Source: Salisapilia sapeloensis CBS 127946 (lineage: Eukaryota; Protista; Oomycota). From it: a DNA stretch of 52,943 nt. Below, in pieces: positions 47,903 to 52,943 of this stretch (position 1 is the stretch's first letter; every line of letters starts with the position of its first letter). Under the pieces are notes generated by a model that worked only from the letters and a program-made list of their open reading frames with translations, made no database searches and was not told the origin of the DNA. Position numbers and translations under genes: made by a program. Location: assembly GCA_023334545.1 (NCBI GenBank), contig JAADVB010000123.1:1-52943 (forward strand), read 5' to 3'.

Positions 47903-50900
47903 TTACTTTTGGCGCTTCGAAACAGGTTTCTTCCTACCTTCTCCGCTTCTCTTACTGCCTACAGACTCCTCTTCACCATCGATAAGCTCGATCTTGAGCT
48001 CTTGTCGGTTACCGAATGTCCGAATGACATAGACCTTTGCTCGAGCCTTGTCAAAGACCTGGAGTGTCCGGTCCTTCTTTCCAGTCTTCTTGATCGTTAA
48101 AGTGTGTTTGTCGCCATCATACTCTACTTCCTCCGTTGCTTCTTCGTCATCTTCATCCTTGCGGCCGAGGAAGATCATACCTTCGACACCGAATCTCGGC
48201 AGCAATACGCCAACGCCATTGTTCTTGACGCGATTGATGACCGCGTCTGTCGTCGTCGGGTGCTGCTCAAAGTACAAGAGCGTGTGGAGACTGACGGATG
48301 CTCGACCAGCTAGCTGAGCTGCGTGATGTCTCCTATTCAGCTGCTCACTGATCGTGTTCACATGCGCTTTGCTTTCTAGATACGGAGGAAGAGATTGTAC
48401 ACCGATTGCCGCAGCAAGAAGTCTGTGTACGACGACGTCGGCATACCGACGGATAGGCGATGTGAAGTGCGTGTAGATAGGCGCAGCAAGGCCGTAGTGA
48501 TGGAACTCTGCAGGTGCGACTTCGCCGGAGCAAAAGTATTTGGCTGGCATCATGCATCGAGTACACAGGATGCGCATCATCTTGCTAAAGTACGGATTCA
48601 GATTTCGCTTCTTCTGCTCCTGCTCGACCATCTCGAGACTCTCCTGCAGTTCTTTCGAGTTATTCACCTTTAAGTCAATCCCAACGGCCTTCGCTTGACT
48701 CACGAGTTGATCGAATTGACGCTTGGAAGGTGCTGGGTGACGACGCAACATTGCGAATGTTGGGAAGTGACGGACGATCTTCTTCGACACTGTGATGTTG
48801 GCGAGAAGCATAAGCTCTTCAACAAGTGCGTTTGTGTCTCGGAGTGCGTACATCTGCACGTCGAGCGGATTCTGTGTCTCGGTGTCGAGGACGAACTTGA
48901 CTTCAGGAGACGCTAGTGTCAAGGCCCCGGCGTCAATACGCTTTTGCTTTAGACGCTTCGACACAACGTGCAGTGTTTTAATGCCACTTCCCAGTAGCTG
49001 TCGCTTCGCTTCTTCATCTCCGTCTCTAGCTTTGTCTTTACTGTCCAACGAAGGACCTTCCTGTCCGTTGCCCATGACAACACCAGCTTCCGGGTCGTCC
49101 AAGTACACCTGGGCTTCCTGGTACGACAGAGCAGCAACAGATCGGATGATGCTCTTGCAGAAGCTCACATCGACGACATGCACTTCGTCACCTTCCAGCT
49201 TGAGTTCCCACAAGACACTAAATGCGAAATGGTCTTCCACCGACGTCAGAGAGCACAGCTTGGTCGTGAGAAGACCTGGCAGCATGTCTAGACGTCTGTC
49301 CACGAGATACGTCGATGTACCACGGTCAGCAGCCTCTTCATCCAATGGACTTCCTGCTTCGACGAAATGCGTCACGTCAGCAATATGCACGCCGACCTCC
49401 AGGTTACCATTGGGTAGAGTCCTCGCATGGAGAGCATCGTCAATGTCTTTACAATTGGGAGGATCGATACTCATGACAGGCAGGTGACGCAGGTCCGTTC
49501 GTCCCTTCGAATTTTCTGGTGTAATGGACCACGTCTCTGGCGGTAGACAGCGCATGACTTCATCGCTGAACTCTCCGCATGGAATGTCATGCTCGATCAG
49601 TAGGACGTTGGTTTCCGTCTCCTTGTCGCCAATGACGCCAAGCGTTCGGACGTAATGTCCTAACGGATACCGACTGTCCGCTGGCCACGAGTCGATAGCC
49701 ACGAGAATACGCTTATCCATCAACGCTTCTCTCTGACGCGTCTGGACGCGAATCTTTGGCACCTTGCGGTCCACCGGTACGAACAACGATGTCGATGAGG
49801 TAGGGACAATGGACGTTTCTGAGCGAGGCGGCTCAATCGAACCAGCATACTTGCGCCAGTTGCGTTGGACGATACCGACGACACGTCCAGTGGGTTTCAA
49901 GTCCGACTTGGTGTCGCTTTCTTCCAATTCAGCCTGCTCCATAGGAATCGTCGGTTCAGCGACGCCTACCTTTTCTTCACTCTCTTCATCTTCATCTTCC
50001 TCTGTCTCCTTTTGTGTATTACTCGTGGCAAAGGCATCCGAAGGCTTTTTCCATTGGTCCTTCGGTAAGATTTGGATCGCCACTGTGTCACCGTCCATCG
50101 CTCGATTGATCTGCTCTCGCCCTTGCAATAGAACAGGGATACTAGTTCCGTTTGCCGAGTGGACGAGGACGTAGCATTCGAGCCAATGGTCCCGATTGCA
50201 TCGTAAAACGCCTTGATAGAAGCGTTTCGTCTTGATACCTGCTAGCACCGTCGACATGGGCAGATGCTCTGGGTAAATCGCACCATTCTTCTTGCCAGAC
50301 TTGTTGATCTGACTCTTCTCCTTTCCATCACTACGTTGCTCTGAAGAAGGTAGCGATACGAGGTCTCGAAGCTGTGGAATATCTGTGGCAAGTGGCTCTA
50401 AGAAACTAGCAATTGTGATGCCATTCGTGACACCATGCTGCTTGGCACGGTCCAAGTCTTCTTCGCTATTTGCGAGAAACAAGACGTTGACGTTCTGACG
50501 CTCCAAGGCACGCAGGTGGCTTTCGTACCATTGCCAAGCGACTGCAACAGCACGTTCATTGCGTTGCTGGTCGCTCTCTCTAGCCTTCTCACCTGTGCTG
50601 TTTTTCACTTCTTGCTTTTGCACGAAACAGTCTCGGTGGTGCTCGTTGGCAAAGACAACGAATCGACGGTCAACATTTGCAAGCAATGCTCGAAGGCGGT
50701 TGTAGACGCTGAGATCCTGCTTGCGAATGTACTCCCAAACCGTCTCCACGATGATCATGTCCGAGAAGACCTGAAGGTTATCCTTATGTAGCCTCTTGGT
50801 AGAAAACTCAAGTGCATCCATTTGGTTCTGGATGACTTCCATGGATGGAACTAGATAGACGCTGTCGTTTGGAGTACCGGAAAGCACAACCTGATGAGGC

Positions 50901-51064
50901 TGGAACGAGTCATCCGGTGGAGCACAAAGGTGGCATTCTGGAAGCGAGCAATTCAAGTCATCTCGAAGGTACCGCTCTTTGACCATTCGAAGAACTTTGC
51001 CTCTCTTGGTCGCGACGTTCTTCTCGTCGATACACCATAGCAAAGGCTGCTCGGTCGTCGCCAT
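47903..51064 (-). CDS. DIS3: Exosome catalytic subunit DIS3/RRP44 (CR3-PIN-CSD-RNB-S1)
   Basis: ERYLRDDLNC...C..C, NEHHR, QINRAMDGDTVA, PTGRVVGIVQRNWR, DSRYPLGHYV, SIDPPNCKDIDDALH, EVGVHIADV, RGTSTYLVDRRLDMLP, EELMLLAN, HHYGLA..IYTHFTSPIRRYADV.VHRLL. ATG 51064. Confidence 0.95.
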   Translation of the reverse strand: MATTEQPLLWCIDEKNVATKRGKVLRMVKERYLRDDLNCSLPECHLCAPPDDSFQPHQVVLSGTPNDSVYLVPSMEVIQNQMDALEFSTKRLHKDNLQVFSDMIIVETVWEYIRKQDLSVYNRLRALLANVDRRFVVFANEHHRDCFVQKQEVKNSTGEKARESDQQRNERAVAVAWQWYESHLRALERQNVNVLFLANSEEDLDRAKQHGVTNGITIASFLEPLATDIPQLRDLVSLPSSEQRSDGKEKSQINKSGKKNGAIYPEHLPMSTVLAGIKTKRFYQGVLRCNRDHWLECYVLVHSANGTSIPVLLQGREQINRAMDGDTVAIQILPKDQWKKPSDAFATSNTQKETEEDEDEESEEKVGVAEPTIPMEQAELEESDTKSDLKPTGRVVGIVQRNWRKYAGSIEPPRSETSIVPTSSTSLFVPVDRKVPKIRVQTRQREALMDKRILVAIDSWPADSRYPLGHYVRTLGVIGDKETETNVLLIEHDIPCGEFSDEVMRCLPPETWSITPENSKGRTDLRHLPVMSIDPPNCKDIDDALHARTLPNGNLEVGVHIADVTHFVEAGSPLDEEAADRGTSTYLVDRRLDMLPGLLTTKLCSLTSVEDHFAFSVLWELKLEGDEVHVVDVSFCKSIIRSVAALSYQEAQVYLDDPEAGVVMGNGQEGPSLDSKDKARDGDEEAKRQLLGSGIKTLHVVSKRLKQKRIDAGALTLASPEVKFVLDTETQNPLDVQMYALRDTNALVEELMLLANITVSKKIVRHFPTFAMLRRHPAPSKRQFDQLVSQAKAVGIDLKVNNSKELQESLEMVEQEQKKRNLNPYFSKMMRILCTRCMMPAKYFCSGEVAPAEFHHYGLAAPIYTHFTSPIRRYADVVVHRLLAAAIGVQSLPPYLESKAHVNTISEQLNRRHHAAQLAGRASVSLHTLLYFEQHPTTTDAVINRVKNNGVGVLLPRFGVEGMIFLGRKDEDDEEATEEVEYDGDKHTLTIKKTGKKDRTLQVFDKARAKVYVIRTFGNRQELKIELIDGEEESVGSKRSGEGRKKPVSKRQK

Positions 51065-51194
51065 TGCTATCGACTGTGATTCTGTTGGTGGGAAGTGTGT
51101 GATTCCTTTTTGGCCAATCCGATGGTCTATTTTAGGATTTCTACGAATCAATATCTAGACGACCTCCATATCCGCCACGACCAGATTGAAAATC

Positions 51195-52064
51195 ATGGAC
51201 ATCAAAAGCTGGGTACAAGAGGTCGGCGAGCGAAGAGGTGTGCCGCTTCAGCTTCGACATGTGGATAACGGGGCAGCCATGAATTTGTTGCTGGGGGGAG
51301 AGTTGTCTGTAGAACAAGCGCAAGAGGTGCAGTGGGAAGGCACTGGACAGGAAGCTTTACAGCGCAATCTCCGCTGCTTTCTGACACATTCCAAGTCGTG
51401 GATGGCAGCCAATCTGGACGACAAGTCAACTGAAGTGCTGGAGAAGTGCGTCAATGAGGCAAGTGAAGACCGTTCTAAATTAAGAGCGATGTATACGTGC
51501 GTGTACGACATCACGCGACAGCTGAAGAAATCGCAAGCGACGTTCACAAGTCCGCGCAAGGAGAAGATGATTGGAGTTGGTCAATCTCCGAGTAAAATAC
51601 CACGAGCATCCCCTAAAAGTCCGCACAAGCATCAAGCTGTAAAAGACGACGAGAACCATACACCGTCCAAACTACCACGCTTCCCGTCCAAGGGCAAGCT
51701 GAAGAAGCCAAACGTTGGTCGGAAAAGACCACGAGAAGAGGATGCGTCTACAAACCCAGCGCCTCAACCATTAAAAGAAAGGGAAGTGACCAGGTCAATT
51801 GACTTTGTGAATTACGTGGATGAGGAGAAGACGTTGGAAGAGCAATGGGAGGATGCGAAAGAAAAGCAAAAGGTCTTACAACAGATAAACGGACAAAGCA
51901 AGATCCGGATTGATGAGTTGAAAAAGGAGATCGGGTATTATTACGAGGTCTTGGCAAAGGTGGAGGCAGCTGTCTTTCACGTCTCGGCGGACTCGAGCAC
52001 GCATCAACTGGAGCTCGCCAAGGAGATCCAACGTATCATCAGTGCTGGACCATCGGATGCATGA
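51195..52064 (+). CDS. Divergent EB1/MAPRE-like microtubule plus-end protein (degenerate CH domain plus EBH-like C-terminus)
   Basis: N-terminus DIKSWVQE...HVDNGAAMNLL...EVQWE...LQRNL...EDRSKL parallels the EB1 CH domain (LL.W.....GAAYCQ....KV.F....IQNF...QDN). An SP/K-rich linker precedes a coiled coil ending LKKEIGYYYEVLAKVE...AKEIQRII, comparable to LEKERDFYF.KLR.IE...I..ILY. Divergent from DIS3 across 130 bp containing CCAAT at 51114. Confidence 0.65.
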   Translation: MDIKSWVQEVGERRGVPLQLRHVDNGAAMNLLLGGELSVEQAQEVQWEGTGQEALQRNLRCFLTHSKSWMAANLDDKSTEVLEKCVNEASEDRSKLRAMYTCVYDITRQLKKSQATFTSPRKEKMIGVGQSPSKIPRASPKSPHKHQAVKDDENHTPSKLPRFPSKGKLKKPNVGRKRPREEDASTNPAPQPLKEREVTRSIDFVNYVDEEKTLEEQWEDAKEKQKVLQQINGQSKIRIDELKKEIGYYYEVLAKVEAAVFHVSADSSTHQLELAKEIQRIISAGPSDA

Positions 52065-52634
52065 AGATTTGACATAGCATCGAACTAAGCTTATTTGGAC
52101 AGCTAATGTCTAGTTTATAGATTGTAGACTGATGTAAATCAATGCCGAATTATTCTAGATGGTGAACACCGCTTGATGTGATGAGGTAATACTCGTGTCT
52201 GCAGAACTGGTTTGGTTGACGCAGATTCAACCTTTGGTTTATACGATATCCCACCCTTAGCGTAATTCGTATCGAAGCATGTTCACATCCATGTCTAGAA
52301 ATCTTCAGTCTCATACGTTCCCGTGGAGGGATCTACAATTTCGTTCGAGTCCTCGAGATCAAAATGGTTTTGACAATCGTATGTACAGTGTTCCAAGTCA
52401 TTGCTTCCTGGAAATGATGGCTTGAAAGCGTTAAGATTGGCAGCAAATAGTAAATGCTTACATATAAAACGACTGCGAGAGGCTATTTGGTAGCCGTCAG
52501 TGAATATATGAAGCAAGGACATAAAAGTTTATTTTGGCACTTTAATCAATTCGAACATTTTTCCTAAGCCTCGCCACAGAACAAACCAGTCTTTTATTAT
52601 ACAAACGAAGACCTTTGGTCTTACGTTTAAAATA

Positions 52635-52943
52635 TTACCACGTACCTTCCAGCAAGCTTCGCAGGTTTTTCCTGTGCCGTTTGTTTCTGCCGATAACGAA
52701 TACTGTTTGACTCATTTTATCGCAAGCAATTTTACGCACATTGTCAGTCTTTGTGACACAGATTCGGCTAAAATATGGCTTTCTGTCACGGCTCTTACTC
52801 GAAATGTTCTTCTGGTACAAAGTTTGTAGCAATAACGCTTTAGATGTTTCCAAGTGTAGCGTAACTCGCCCGAGGAGTACGATGTCCGGCTAGCACGAAT
52901 CTCGATAGTCATCCTAGCTTGACTCGTGTCCGATTATGGGCCA
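52635..52943 (-). mobile_element. Possible decayed restriction-like-endonuclease (RLE) fragment of a non-LTR retroelement
   Basis: The minus frame with stops reads C*PDIVLLGRVTLHLE...RDRKPY...VFVIGRNKRHRKNLRSLL, loosely like the RLE motifs RPD(I/L)V...K..KY...P.V(V/I)G..G....L..LL. Weak evidence. Confidence 0.2.

Overview
Eukaryotic genomic DNA, almost certainly from an oomycete. This rests on short GT-AG introns with CTAAC/GCTAAT-type branch points, Inr/FPR-like core promoters, and oomycete-type secreted, ankyrin, HECT and CRAL-TRIO families. No CRISPR array, rRNA or tRNA was found. Compact blocks of housekeeping genes include LAMTOR2, a PPR-like mitochondrial protein, a PCGF/BMI1-like RING-RAWUL protein, NPRL2, an EFM7-like methyltransferase, EFL1, CPSF1, an AGC kinase, GTF3C5, a CRAL-TRIO protein, TTLL12, a HECT E3, DIS3 and a divergent EB1-like protein. 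These blocks alternate with gene-sparse, visibly AT-richer islands (about 7-13.5, 27-30, 40-47.8 and 52+ kb) holding variant CBM1 proteins, 28-aa-repeat ankyrin genes and pseudogenes, and triad-defective trypsin homologues. Several intron-rich genes (LAMTOR2, PCGF, NPRL2, EFM7-like) are fragmented in the ORF track and were rebuilt by hand from splice sites. The most notable leads are a DIS3 whose PIN endonuclease residues are substituted, two paralogous FAR1/MULE-derived zinc-finger genes lacking the transposase core, a variant 6-Cys CBM1 module family with His-rich linkers, and a GIP-like inactive trypsin. All family calls come from remembered motifs, not database searches.
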